Source of the DNA: Rhizodiscina lignyota
Taxonomy: Eukaryota
Direction of reading: 5' to 3'
Assembly (NCBI GenBank): GCA_010015805.1
Contig: ML978121.1
Location: 2,232,001 to 2,296,000 of the forward strand
DNA: 64,000 nucleotides
Part shown: positions 50,238-61,890 of the stretch, piece after piece
How positions within the stretch are numbered: position 1 is the stretch's first letter
How the letters are laid out: every line of letters begins with the position of its first letter
Position numbers and translations under genes: made by a program
Notes under the pieces: generated by a model
What the model saw: only the letters and a program-made list of their open reading frames with translations
Database searches by the model: none
What the model was told of the DNA's origin: nothing

Positions 50238-50690
50238 CTAAGCCTTCTCATATCCATCATCTTCCTCCTCATCGTCTTCGTCAGACTCCGATTCCAAGTC
50301 CAAGTCCGACTTCTTATCTTCTTCTTTGCTCTCCTTGTACTCGCTCTCCTCTTCATCCTCGTTTTCCTCGTCATCCTCGTCTTCGGCTCTGTCCTCGTCC
50401 GCATCTCCGGCACGAGGGTCAGACTCGTCTCCAGCAAGAGTGACGGACTCATCTCCAGCAAAGGTAACAGACTCGTCTCCAGCAAGAGTAACGCACTTCT
50501 CTTCGGCATGAGGAGCGAATTCGTTTCCAACATGAGGAACGAAGTTGTCATTGCCACCATCATCCCCCAGTATTCCAGCACCATAATCGATGTAGTTCTC
50601 TACGTGCTGGAAGTGCTCCTCTAGTCGCCGTGCTGTATTCTGCAGTTGCTGGAATCGGTCACTGGCACGTTGGGACGCTGTTGCATCCAT
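50238..50690 (-). CDS. Small, very acidic hypothetical protein with 8-aa repeats
   Basis: ATG at 50690 (MDATASQRASDRFQQLQ...) within a 235-codon open frame. D/E-rich tail. Confidence 0.6.
   Translation of the reverse strand: MDATASQRASDRFQQLQNTARRLEEHFQHVENYIDYGAGILGDDGGNDNFVPHVGNEFAPHAEEKCVTLAGDESVTFAGDESVTLAGDESDPRAGDADEDRAEDEDDEENEDEEESEYKESKEEDKKSDLDLESESDEDDEEEDDGYEKA
50422..50493. repeat. 24-bp tandem repeat x3 (VT[LF]AGDES) with degenerate flanking units
   Basis: gactcgtctccagcaagagtgacg / gactcatctccagcaaaggtaaca / gactcgtctccagcaagagtaacg. Confidence 0.9.
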
Positions 50691-51035
50691 GGTGTACTCT
50701 CTTTGTTCTTTGTGGGTGAAAGGTTTGGGCCTTTGTTGAGTTGGTGTGCAATTGATGAAAGCTTTGCGCGCTGGCGACGCGTAGTGTCTGGGGTTGGGAA
50801 GAATTCTTCGATTGACAGAGAGGGACGATAAATCTATAAAGAATAGACTTGTGTAGCAAAGAAATCGATTCATCAACTTTGATGTGTGGTTTCGCCATTG
50901 TGTTCGAATTTCGAAGAGCCAACGCCACCACATATCAGAGTTCACATATTAAACTTCACGCACGGATAGGCGACGCTATGCGAAGCGTTCCTGACTGGTG
51001 CAGAAGCTAAGTGGATGCGGAGACGGCAGATATTC

Positions 51036-52001
51036 TTAAAGTTTTACTGACTGCGAAGATAAGAAAGTGTATACTCGGTCTATAGCAGTTGTCGCAGTCC
51101 TCACCCGAGTCTCGGCAGTTGCGGCGCCAATATGCGGCGTACTGATCACCTTTCCAGTAGCCCAGAGGTCGCCATACCTAGCCAACATAGGCGGCTCTTC
51201 TTCATGGCAGTCCAGCCCAGCACCGCCTATCAGCCCTTGACTCAGCGCCTCTTTCAAGTCATCGTCACTGACAATGCCTCCTCGAGCGCAATTAATCAAG
51301 ATGGCGTTGGGTTTCATCCTCCTGAACTGCGGCATGCTGAACATGCCCCGAGTCTTCGAATCCAGCGGCACATGCACCGTCAAGATGTCCACATGCGGTA
51401 ACATTTCCTCAAAGTCCTTTACTCTGGTGTGTGGGATGTCGCCCCAGGCATCCGCAGGCGCGAAAGGATCGCAGGCATACACCGCAGAGCCAAACGCGCC
51501 CTGGAACATCCGCGCCACCCTCGTGCCGATGGCGCCCATGCCAATAATCCCGATTGCCTTTCCTTCTATTAGCGTGCCGACGCAGTGCTCTTTTCGCACT
51601 TCCAGCCCGGCTGCCTGGTTAACAGTGATCATGCGTAGCTGCCTTGCCACCCCCATCGTTAGTGAGAGAACTAACTCAGCGACCGCCTGCGCGTTCGCGC
51701 CGGGCGTATTGAGGATGGGGATCCCGCGTTTTGCACAGGCGTCTTGGTCGATGATGTCGATTCCGACGCCTTGTTTGCCGATAGCTCGCAGCCTAGGTGC
51801 GCGGACGATGTCGTCGGCTGTGATGAGCTTCTCGCGAACGAGGATTGCGTCTGCGTTCTGCTGCCAGTTTTGGATTTCTGGGTCGTCGTGGAGCACGGTT
51901 TGAAAGAGGTTCTGGCAGTGATGAACCGCTTCCGGGGGAAATTTCTCCAGGAGATAGATGTTGTGCTGCTTTTTGCTCGGTATTCCGTTGGTTGTGCTCA
52001 T
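51036..52001 (-). CDS. D-isomer-specific 2-hydroxyacid dehydrogenase (SerA-like)
   Basis: KQGVGIDIID, NTPGANAQAVAE, GIIGMGAIG, HVPL, INCARGGIV, EEP and TPHIGAAT. Intronless. Confidence 0.93.
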   Translation of the reverse strand: MSTTNGIPSKKQHNIYLLEKFPPEAVHHCQNLFQTVLHDDPEIQNWQQNADAILVREKLITADDIVRAPRLRAIGKQGVGIDIIDQDACAKRGIPILNTPGANAQAVAELVLSLTMGVARQLRMITVNQAAGLEVRKEHCVGTLIEGKAIGIIGMGAIGTRVARMFQGAFGSAVYACDPFAPADAWGDIPHTRVKDFEEMLPHVDILTVHVPLDSKTRGMFSMPQFRRMKPNAILINCARGGIVSDDDLKEALSQGLIGGAGLDCHEEEPPMLARYGDLWATGKVISTPHIGAATAETRVRTATTAIDRVYTFLSSQSVKL

Positions 52002-52898
52002 GATGCCTTCGAAGTCTAGCCTTGAATTTATTACTTTAGGTAACGTTGTATATCAGAGAGGACGGCGATGAATATGGTGGCGCTTGACCCAGCTCTTTCC
52101 GGTTCGATAACTTTCGTCGGGATTGTGGATTTAATCCCAATATGCTCAAGACGTTTAGCGTAATCGAGAGAGTGATACTATATCTTGAAAACTCCAAACC
52201 GACTTCAAGCCACTTTTGGATCATAATAGAGTAACCGTCGTTGGTGAGAAACGAAGTCCGGAAAACCATCCGCGCCAATTCGTACGACGGAAAAGATCGC
52301 TTCTGCGGGAATTCGAGGTCCGTTCTTGCCGGTTCGATTCATCGTTGAGAATATAAATCTGAGACGAGGGTGAGCATTTAATACCTACCATCTGAGTGAC
52401 GGCATCAATCATAAGTGCCCAGAGTGCTGTGAGCTATGGGTAGAGTAGAGTATCGGGTTGTAGAGACTGGGGAGGGGCATGAATATGTGAGTGGGCAATG
52501 CTGATATTGAAAGGCCATCCATTCACTTTTGATTGAATGGAGGCGAGTTAAACTTATTGTAAGTCAAGGATGGCAAATGAGGAGATAGGCACAAAATAAA
52601 TTTTCTTATTTTTGGTGGGAGCGGAATTATAATTATAAGACATGCCAATCTTCCGTTTATTGCGAAATCATATAATCATTCTCGCAGTATTCTGTGCCAA
52701 CTTGGAATTCCTCAATCTTCTCCGGTTCAGTTCCTATAAACACCAATTCTGTGCTAAACCTGAGCCTGCAAGTCAAGGCTTGGATCCGGGTATTGGTGGA
52801 GGATGTGTTCGATCCGATGGGGAGTCCAGTCATTCAGTTCCCGCCGACTTGGTGAATTTCAGCGGCTTGCTATTTAGCCTTCTGCAGCCAGCCTCACC

Positions 52899-53994
52899 TC
52901 ACCCACATACGAAATCTTCTTCCTCAACAGGGTACCGACCAAGCTGGTCTTGCCACTGTGTCAAGACATCCCACCCAAGTGACCGAGCCCAACGCACGAG
53001 AGGGAGACGATCTGCGTGATCAATGTCATGAAATCGATAGTGGTCCTGGCCAGGGCTGGTGTAGTATTGAGCATCCTCTGATATTGCTTGCAGTAGGATG
53101 ATCGTCACCTTCAGACCCTTGATGTTCTTCGCAAGCCTCTCCAGCAAGGCGAACTTCTCCTCGGCCTCGAGCGGAAAACTGAGCTTGGGCTTCTTTCGCA
53201 TCAAGACCCGATCATGTACGTCGCTATCCGTTGGTGCGGGTTCATCGTCAAGGTCCTCTGATACAACCACCGTTAAACGCTGGAGATTTTGCACCAGCTC
53301 AAGTAGGCCACAAGCTCCAGCGATGGCGCCACAGTGTCGATAGATGTTGAGGTTGGGCCACTGGAGGCCGAAACGCCCAAGGAGGTACCTGAGATTCCAA
53401 CGTCCGGAGATGCTAGAGTCAATTTCATCACCATGCTCATGTAGATGAGGAAGTTTGACCGCAATGCGTTTGATGCAGGCCATGTTGCACTTGCCGATTG
53501 TAACCAAGAACGCATTGAGTATGATCCAGTCGTCCTTGCCAGTAAAGCGGAACTCATTCTCGCCATAGAACATAGGAGCGGTCTCGTCGTTGATCAGTTT
53601 GCAGGTTCGGAGAACACTGAGCAGAGGCTGGATGGTACGGTGGTATTCACCTAGAACAAATATCAATATATGACGCATACACACATGTCGAGGGTCCCTT
53701 ACGGAGACTATTTGCGCGGAGGAGGTTGTCGGATTTGTCCGGATCGGCGCTAAGTGGACAGAATTCGATCGGTCCGTCGAGGATGAGTAAGTTTCGGAAT
53801 ATGATCTCGCGTATCTCGAATGGAAGATCGAGTAGGCGAAATGGTTGAGGTGTAAAGTTCTTAGCATATTTGCGCTCGCCGTAAAGCTTGGGAAAGCGAC
53901 GGTATGGCTGCAACTCTTTCGCGGAGTATAAGGGCTTTGCGCTCGAGTTTTCCGAGCCCTTGCTATTGGCCTGATTCCTTTGACGACGAGCCAT
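52899..53994 (-). CDS. F-box-like domain protein
   Basis: Exon 1 has PFRLLDLPFEIREIIFRNLL. Intron 53651-53702 (GTAAGG...TAG) joins to REYHRTIQPLLSVLRTCKLINDETAPMFYGENEFRF. Confidence 0.8.
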
Positions 53995-56897
53995 GTTTTC
54001 GAGGATGCTGGTGGCGTTTTGTCAGAATGATGGTGAATGAATGAATGAAATGCCTGTAAGAAAGGAGAATATGTATAGCCAGTGCGAACACAAGGAAATA
54101 CACAGCGACCGCTTAGCTCCCGCATATACTGGTACGTGTTGTCATAATTTCTCTACGATCTTCACGTTGAGAAACGCCAGATTATACATGCTAAACCGCG
54201 TTTAGTCCTCGTGTTGATCATAGAACCAGTGATCGGGTTGTGCTCCATCATATAGAGCTCTGCTGTGAACCGCAAACTGATGGAACCTTCTGGTCTATCA
54301 GCCAAACATGCAAACAGCAATCCAACAGAGAGATATGTGTAGAGTCTCAAACAACATTGTCGTTAGCTACCCGCTTACCCGGACACAACTACTCGATACC
54401 GACGTAACGAACTCGGTGCAAGTTAGTGGTCAGGTCGCTAAGGGGATCTAGCGTGTCTCGATCTAGAACCAAGTAAAGGGTTAGACTTGAACGGAATGGA
54501 GCTCTGCCGTACACGACCGATCTAGCTTGACTATCAGTATTATACACGGCCGCCGTGGGAGACTGGGGCGGAACAGGGCAGTTCAACGATCCTGCTATGG
54601 CCCGTTGATGAGTAGGCATGACAATAATTTGAAAAGACAGAGACCACATTGAGAATGAAACCTCCTGAAGACATATTAAGCCCTGCAAAGTAAGAGTGTA
54701 AGACACCGCCATGATGCAGGAAAAGAAGCCACGAGGTTGCCGGCTTTCTCCCGAGTACCCAGCAAACGGTCAAGACCCGCACTCTGCAAATGCATTACCA
54801 GCTCTTGCACTAGGAATAATTCGGGAAAATCGGATCGGAAGAGCAGACCGCATTTTACTCACAAGGACAGCATGTCCGCTGTTTCGCAGCATGGGATAAC
54901 GTGGGATGCTCCGAAATCCCATCGAAACCTTCCGAGAAATGAGAGGTATGCTCGTCGATATATCAACATGGTCAGATCTCGAGGCCTCCGAGGATATTCC
55001 CTGAGAAGTGACCATCCGCGCCACACTCGATTCTAGATCTGGCGAGATCCGATGGGTCAGTGCGGGACGTCTTACGGCCTTCTAGAAGAATGTGAGACGT
55101 GAAAATAGAATGCGTCATCAAAGGTATGTATGACATTGCCACGGGATACTATATCGAAAGCACTACCGTGCCGAATCCGAGCCGAAATGGGACGGGCGAT
55201 AACTGGAACGGCCCGACGGCTTTGTCATGAAATCCACCAGTGGACCGAACAGAACTACATAGGCAGTATAAGAATGACAAAACAACAGCACTATAAATCA
55301 GCTATATCCGTATCGAGGAAATGCATATCAAAATCAGAATAAAGAGGTAATTCGCATGCGGGTGGGGAGAGCGAAGATCTTCTACCTCAGCAGAAGGCCG
55401 TATTACTATGTGATAGGACGAAAGACAAAAGTAAGGCGATATCATATCAGCTAAGGAATACGCGTACAAAGACGCGTCTCCGTCCATAGCGCAATGGACC
55501 GAGGAAAGCGACCAGGAGTTAGACGCGTCAATAGAGGGGTGTGAGTAGAGAGGGGTTGTCTTGACGGAGTGCGGACTTGCTGCGGACGCTGGACACGCGC
55601 GCTGAGCAGCTGCTTGCTGCATTTGTCAATCGTAGCGAGGAGGTGTCGAATGCTTTGGACTCTCCATTGATTAGTCTCCTAGCGCCGCCGGGATTGCCGT
55701 CAATTCGACTTGGCTCGGGAATTGGACTCGTCTTCCAAGGGATGCGCATCGCGCCGCGCCGACGGCCGGAAGGCTCGTTGCGCTGCCGTTCACCGCCCAA
55801 AGTGAAGATATCGCGACCCTGTGAAGATCATGCGATGGACAGGGCAAAATCTGGAGTCGGTGAACAAAAACGTGGGATGCTGATGGAGTTTTGTTCGCAA
55901 GAGGCTGGCGGATGTTCCGATGGAGGTCAGCGCGTCGTAGGGCTGATGAATCATCGTGGCTGGGATACCTGCAGAGTGTTGAGTCTTCTGCACGCTTCCT
56001 GCGAACCGCTGCAGCACTTGCTGACCTGCACCCTCCATTCGTCGCCCGCCTCAAACATCGAGCATCGCATTCCGAGCTCTATCGTAAGAAGCTCGCTCTC
56101 AGGGATCCTCCCTTCTACAGGCAATGAGCGCGCTGCACTCCGGATTCCAGCTCCCCCGGGCTTAGGAAAGCTTTGGTCAGATGTTATTTCCACCCACTCA
56201 CACACGAGACCTCGGTCGCACACCCTCTCTTGCGTCACATGAGCCCTCCATTTGAGGCACACTGTGCTCTCCTCAGTCTCCAAAACCGATAACGCAGAAC
56301 CAGATAGGCAAGACTGTCCAGGGAATATCCCTTTGAGGCCGCCGGGGGCCCTGTCAGCCTTGTGAGGTGGGTTGGCCGCATATGTCCGCCTGTAGACATC
56401 TCTCTGCGTAGACCTGGCCACTCGAGGGACGGATTCGTTTCTGCTGACCCTCTATGCTTCGGGATATGGCTCTACTAAAGGTCATGATCTGATTTTAGTT
56501 CCCTTGTCTCTTGCGGAATCCAGCCTTTTTATCTGGTCTCTCTGAATAATAGTCGGTGAACCGTCTCCGACATGCACTTCGTCCAGTAATGTTGCCTTCC
56601 CAGGCACCCTCTGTCTCACATTCAGTATTCGAGAGGCAGGGCCTGTGATTCACACTGTTCGCGGGCCCATTGCGCCTGCGCCCTGCATGCGAGTGCAGAG
56701 CCGCGTGGAAGAGATCAGCACTTCCACTATATAGGCATGTCATTCCTGCAGAATGTCGTGGCACTCTCTCATTGAATGTCAACTTGTATTTCGTATTACT
56801 GTCTACCGTCCGTTTGGTCCGGCTCGAGACGGGCTGAAAGGAGCGGCCCGCTCTACGCTACTACTGTCTTTACTTGCCGACATTAACCGCTTCCACC

Positions 56898-57707
56898 ATG
56901 CCTTCATTCGGAAGGCATAACAGGAATTATTCCTGGCCTCCCTCACTCCATCATGTCTCTCAAATTCCGCACATCAGAGAGAGCCTCGCTCAGCAACCGA
57001 GTCATCGGAAACAAGACACGTCGAACGATGCAATACCAGACATCGATGAAGACCCCTTTTCACACTTCATCTCGCCCATGAACATGGACGATGATCCCGA
57101 CAATCCAATGTCCATGTCGGCAGGTATCATGAATACCGAGTCTATTGGTTTCAAAAGAGATCGTTTCTGTGCTTCTCTCGCCAAACGCTGGGCGCGCTCG
57201 GTCACACCAAGGGAGAAGGATAACATACATTACCATCCCTACAGCCGTCCACACAGCAACAGCCTCGCCCTCAATCAAAAACTCCACCACCCACACTACA
57301 ATGTTGAGATCCGCACCCCTCGACATATCCTGACAGTCAGCAACACATCACAAAACATTCCGACCATAGTGGTCACGGAATACCTCGAGGACCCATCTCA
57401 GAACAGGGCCCAACAACTCCTCATTGCCGCTCAGCGCATGCGCAGGCGACGTAGAACCAACAGGACTCTCTCAGGGCACCGACACTCATGGCAAGAACCA
57501 AGCCCAGACCTGTACACCGTCTTGGAAGAAGGTGCCCACCACGAAGTAGCTGTACAATCGGCCAGCGAAGACGAGATGTATGAGGACAGCGACGTAGAGA
57601 GCCTCAACAGCGAAGATGAAGCGCTCTATGCCGAAGACGACGACTTTCAGGTTGGATGGGCCGAGCTTCGTCGTCAGCCTTCCTCAGGCGAAAGAGCCAG
57701 ACTATGA
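56898..57707 (+). CDS. Fungal hypothetical protein
   Basis: ATG in CACCATG context. Motif-like blocks PDIDEDPFSHF and RTLSGHRHSWQEPSPDLYTVLEE; acidic tail ending ARL. Confidence 0.75.
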   Translation: MPSFGRHNRNYSWPPSLHHVSQIPHIRESLAQQPSHRKQDTSNDAIPDIDEDPFSHFISPMNMDDDPDNPMSMSAGIMNTESIGFKRDRFCASLAKRWARSVTPREKDNIHYHPYSRPHSNSLALNQKLHHPHYNVEIRTPRHILTVSNTSQNIPTIVVTEYLEDPSQNRAQQLLIAAQRMRRRRRTNRTLSGHRHSWQEPSPDLYTVLEEGAHHEVAVQSASEDEMYEDSDVESLNSEDEALYAEDDDFQVGWAELRRQPSSGERARL

Positions 57708-58038
57708 TGCACACATTGTCTGACTTGGGGGGATGCCTTTGTTTCTTTCTGCATTGTTTTGGCGTTCTTGGTCATCATTATTTGGTACATGCATTTGGGA
57801 TGGGCGTATGGGCATTTGCATTTCACGGCGTACCAAGAATACTGGGCGCGAGCGCTTTGCATTATTTTGGGTCATTGTTGCGGACATCATAATACCCAAA
57901 AGCAACATTGTATTTCCTGCTCAGTTCATCATTCTATTTTAATTCTCTTCTTCCGTAGACAATTCGATCTGTCTAGTACTAATAACTGTCCATTATTGTA
58001 AACCACTGCGAATTGTTAAGCGTTCGATGTTCACTCTC

Positions 58039-59959
58039 TCAGACAAGTCGCTTGACGTTCCCGTTCAACTGTTTTGCCTCAAAGTTGCCAATATGGCCTT
58101 CGTCGTACTGTGTCTTGACTGTCGGCAGAGCTCTTGCGTTGTCGATCCTCTCCTGCGTAAGCAGGTACAGTTTCGGAATATCTCCTTTCTCAACCATGTC
58201 TTGCTGCACCTTGGCCATATCCGCCCCATTCTCGTCAGCCAGTAGCATGTCGACGACAGCCTTGCCGCAGAGTGTCCCATTAGGCATACCATGTCCTAAA
58301 AAAGCCATTAGCGTATACGCGCGAACCAATGTGCAAGCAAATGATTTCCATACCAGTGTATCCCGCCGACATCCACAGCCCCTTCTTCCCTGGCAAGGCC
58401 CCGACCCATGGATGATTGTCTCTCGAGTAGCCCATTATCCCCGTCCATTGATTTGCCGCCTTCAGCTCTTGCACATCCTGTTCAGTGCCTCCAAGCTCCA
58501 TCATCTCCAACAATGTCGTCCGCAGATACTTCGCCGCGCCTTCGTCGATGACCGAGTCGTCGGTCTCTCCCATCGCATTCAATTTCGCCCACGCCGAGCC
58601 TCCACCAAACATGAGGTGGCCAGCCGCGTTCGGCACGCCTTCAAATGGCCGCTGAATGAGATAGTCATCGCGGTTGGCATCACCGCCTTGAGCACCCACA
58701 AAGCCGTATGAGTCTGGCAAGCGTGCTGAGCCTAGAGGCGGGAGCAGAGCTGACATCTCTCCTCGCACCGGAAGAATCAGGTCCGCAAACTCGTGAACTA
58801 TGTGCGATGTGTAGCCATTCGTCGCGATAATAACATGTCGAGCCCTCATCTCCCCTCGGTCGGTATGCAGGACCCATCGGGCTTTGTCGTTAACATGACT
58901 CACGACGCTTAGCTTCTTCACCGGTGTACTCGTCTGCAGGTTTAAAAAGCCGCTCCTAACAAGCTTCTCAAGGATAAATGCCACATACTTATACGGCCAC
59001 AGGCTGCCCGCGAAATTGGTTAACGTCGCACCTGAACACCCTGCATTTCCCGCAATACGGTGTTTCTTTAGGTCCTCTGGGTCAGTGATGATTGAGACGC
59101 GAGCGCCAATGTCCGGATGGTCCTTCTTCAGTTGTTCGACCTCAGATGTGGCATCCTTGAGTAGTTCAGGGGTCCAGAGTGTCCGGCACCCTGTCACGGT
59201 GCGCCATTCGCATGGGACGTTGTTGTCGGAGATGTACGAACGGACTGTGTCGTAGTTCTTGAGTTCAAAGAGGGCAACCTCGGCAGAGCGGTCGAAAAGC
59301 AGAGGTTGGCAGTGACCACCGTTCTAGAGTGGGGATTCTCAGCATAGTCCAGAAGAGGTTGTAGATGTCTTAGAATGCCGAGGACTGCCCCGAAACAGAA
59401 AGGCATTAAACAGATCCGATAACGAAAATTGAAGTGGAAGATTTAGCAGAACCGTGCATATGTCAGGCTCAGCAGGTTGCATTAAAGAAAAAATAAGTGT
59501 GAGAGATGTGATTTTTCGAAGGAGTATTTCCGGGACGGAGAGTTGATCATAATGACCGATTCCGAAATTAAAGAGTCATACCCTGCCGGTTGCTCCCCAA
59601 CAAGCCTCTCTTGCTTCCAGCATGAGGACCTTGAGCTTCTTTCCTTTATCATCTTCGGACAAAAACCTTCAGGCAGTCATCAGACGGATGTGAACAGAGC
59701 TGCGTAGAGATCTATCGGCGCCTTACCTCGCGGCAGATGTGCCCGTAATGCCAGAGCCAATGATCACGACATCGGCATATTCTGGTAATTCATTTGTTGT
59801 ACGGTGTCCTAATAAGAACTCGGAAGGTTCTGTATGCCAGAATGACTTGCTTGAATTTGGGACTGGCAGCCCTGCTGGTTTGTCTTCGGAGTCCTCTTCC
59901 GAAGATATGGAGGAGCGCGGGACGAAGTACGACCAAAATTGCTTTAACGCAGTGAGCAT
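58039..59959 (-). CDS. FAD-dependent oxidoreductase (DAO/PuuB-like family)
   Basis: VVIIGSGITG, LEAREACWGATGR|NGGH, ATNGYT, WTGIMGYSRD and AGYTGHGMP. Introns 59667-59726, 59324-59581 and 58296-58353. Confidence 0.92.
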
Positions 59960-60453
59960 TGTGAGTATCGTTTGGGTGTCAGATTGATTCTTTCTTTCAT
60001 CTCTATCAGACGAGAAGAAGTCATTACATCAAGAATGATGCTTGCTCTCAGATATCACTGAGTCTCCACTGTCGGAGTTGGAATAGCTTTAGCCTAAAGT
60101 AGAATAATGCCGAACTTTCCTCCATCCTGCTGCTTTCCTTTATCTTTTTCGACAAATCTTTACTTTCGCTTCAATTATGGCTTTTATATTACGAAAGTAC
60201 GAAATACCTCTCAAGCCCGCTCTGATATCCTTCTCCGAATGAGTCTGATATTGATACTTGGCCTCGGAACTCTTGCCGGCTTGGACATGAACTCGGTCTA
60301 CAGTGATCCGATCAATAGCCTTCTGCGGGGCACTCTGCAAGCAATGAACGAAAGGAGCTCGGTTGAGGCTGGGGTTTAGAAAGCTCCTCAGTTTCAACAA
60401 AATGTCTCTTTAGGTTTCTACTTTCCTCTTCTTAGAGTTCGGTTTCGTTCACA

Positions 60454-61663
60454 ATGTCTTCATCAGAGCAACGACGCAGCTCAGTATTTGGAAAAATACT
60501 CCACGCTTTCAAGGGCCCTGAATCGGACAAACCTGCTTCTTCGGGTCAAGGGAGTCAGACGAAGACAGCCGCATCAGCTTCAAAGCCAGTAGAGACTGAC
60601 AAAAAAGCTACTGCTGAGGCGAGTGCGATTGTCAATACTCAGTATCCTCAGAGCCAGGGCTTGGGAAAGGCCTATGATGTCAAAGGAAAGACAGCTATCG
60701 TGACAGGGGCTGGATCAGGTAAATTCCTTGCCACACCGCATTTGCAAACAAATGAACAAGCGACACTGAAGTCCTACGCCAGGCATCAACCATCGATTCG
60801 CCAAGCTTCTGCTGTCCAAGGGCTGCAACGTTCTCATCGCGGATCTTGCTCTCCGGCCTGAAGCTCAAGAACTCATCGACGAATACAATGGCACGGATGA
60901 ATCCAAACCACGAGCTGCATTTGCTAAAACTGATGTCACTATCTGGGCCGAACTGAGTGCCATGTTCCATGCCTGCTACTCGACATTCGGGGCTCTCGAC
61001 ATCGTCTGTCCCGGGGCGGGTGTATTCGAACCACACTGGTCCAATTTCTGGCATCCTCCAGGAAGCACTGAGAGCAAAGACCCGATCGATGGTAATACTT
61101 ACAAGCTGTTTGATATCAACGTCACGCATCCAGTTCGCGCCACTCAGATCGCAATTGCAGAATTCCTCAACCCAAGCAAAGGGGAGAAGGTCTCCGTTGA
61201 AAATCCGAAGCAGATTGTCTTCATCAGCAGCATAGCAGGCCAAGTCTTTAGTCTATCAACGCCGATGTACATCGCTAGCAAGCATGCCATCAACGGCTTC
61301 ATTCGCTCTTTGGCACCTCTAGAGACGGAACTTGGCATTAAGTGCACCGGGGTCGCTCCAGGTATTGTCAAGACCCCGCTCTGGACAGATCATCCGGAGA
61401 AGATGATAATGGTCGATGAAGAAAAGGAAGAATGGGTTACTCCTGAAGAGGTTGCCGAAGCAATGCTCAAGTGCGTGGAAAGTCCTGATGTGCCCGCCGG
61501 CACAATATTGGAGGTTGGCCAAGGGTACACAAGAAAAGTCGAGCCATTTAATGACCCAGGGCCGATGGGTAGACGTGGTATCAAAACAAGCCATGCGGAA
61601 GTAAAGTCCAAAGAGGTCTTTGAATGGCTTGCGGAGGATGGGTGGGGTAAGAAGGGCTTGTAA
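60454..61663 (+). CDS. Short-chain dehydrogenase/reductase (15-PGDH-like) with N-terminal extension
   Basis: TGAGSGI (intron 60719-60782), CPGAGVFEP, ISSIAG, YIASK and APGIVKTPLW. Confidence 0.92.
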
Positions 61664-61890
61664 CTGCCCGTAAACACCGTCATGTTATACGGAGAGGACT
61701 ATTGCACTGATATTGTAGACTTTCTCTCATTACAAGCTACTTTATAGATGTCTGCTCTGTAAGAAGAGCTAGCATTTACAAGCGAATGAAGAATGTCAAG
61801 GTCTTTAGCCTGAACACTTACTGGTCCCTGCCCACATTCAATTCAGTATCGAAGTTACCACCAACCGATCCGTTATGTTTACAGGATATA

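Noticed and set aside
51036..51047. C-terminal VKL of the 2-hydroxyacid dehydrogenase as PTS1
   Set aside because: Non-consensus first residue; too weak without conservation data.
54477..54485. CTAACCCT (minus strand) as a telomerase RNA template
   Set aside because: Only 8 nt, and under 500 nt remain before the next gene, too little for the pseudoknot and CR4/5 of Pezizomycotina TER.
55577..56421. 221-aa (+) and 156-aa (-) ORFs in the intergenic gap
   Set aside because: Non-ATG starts, no recognisable motifs, in GC-rich promoter-like DNA.
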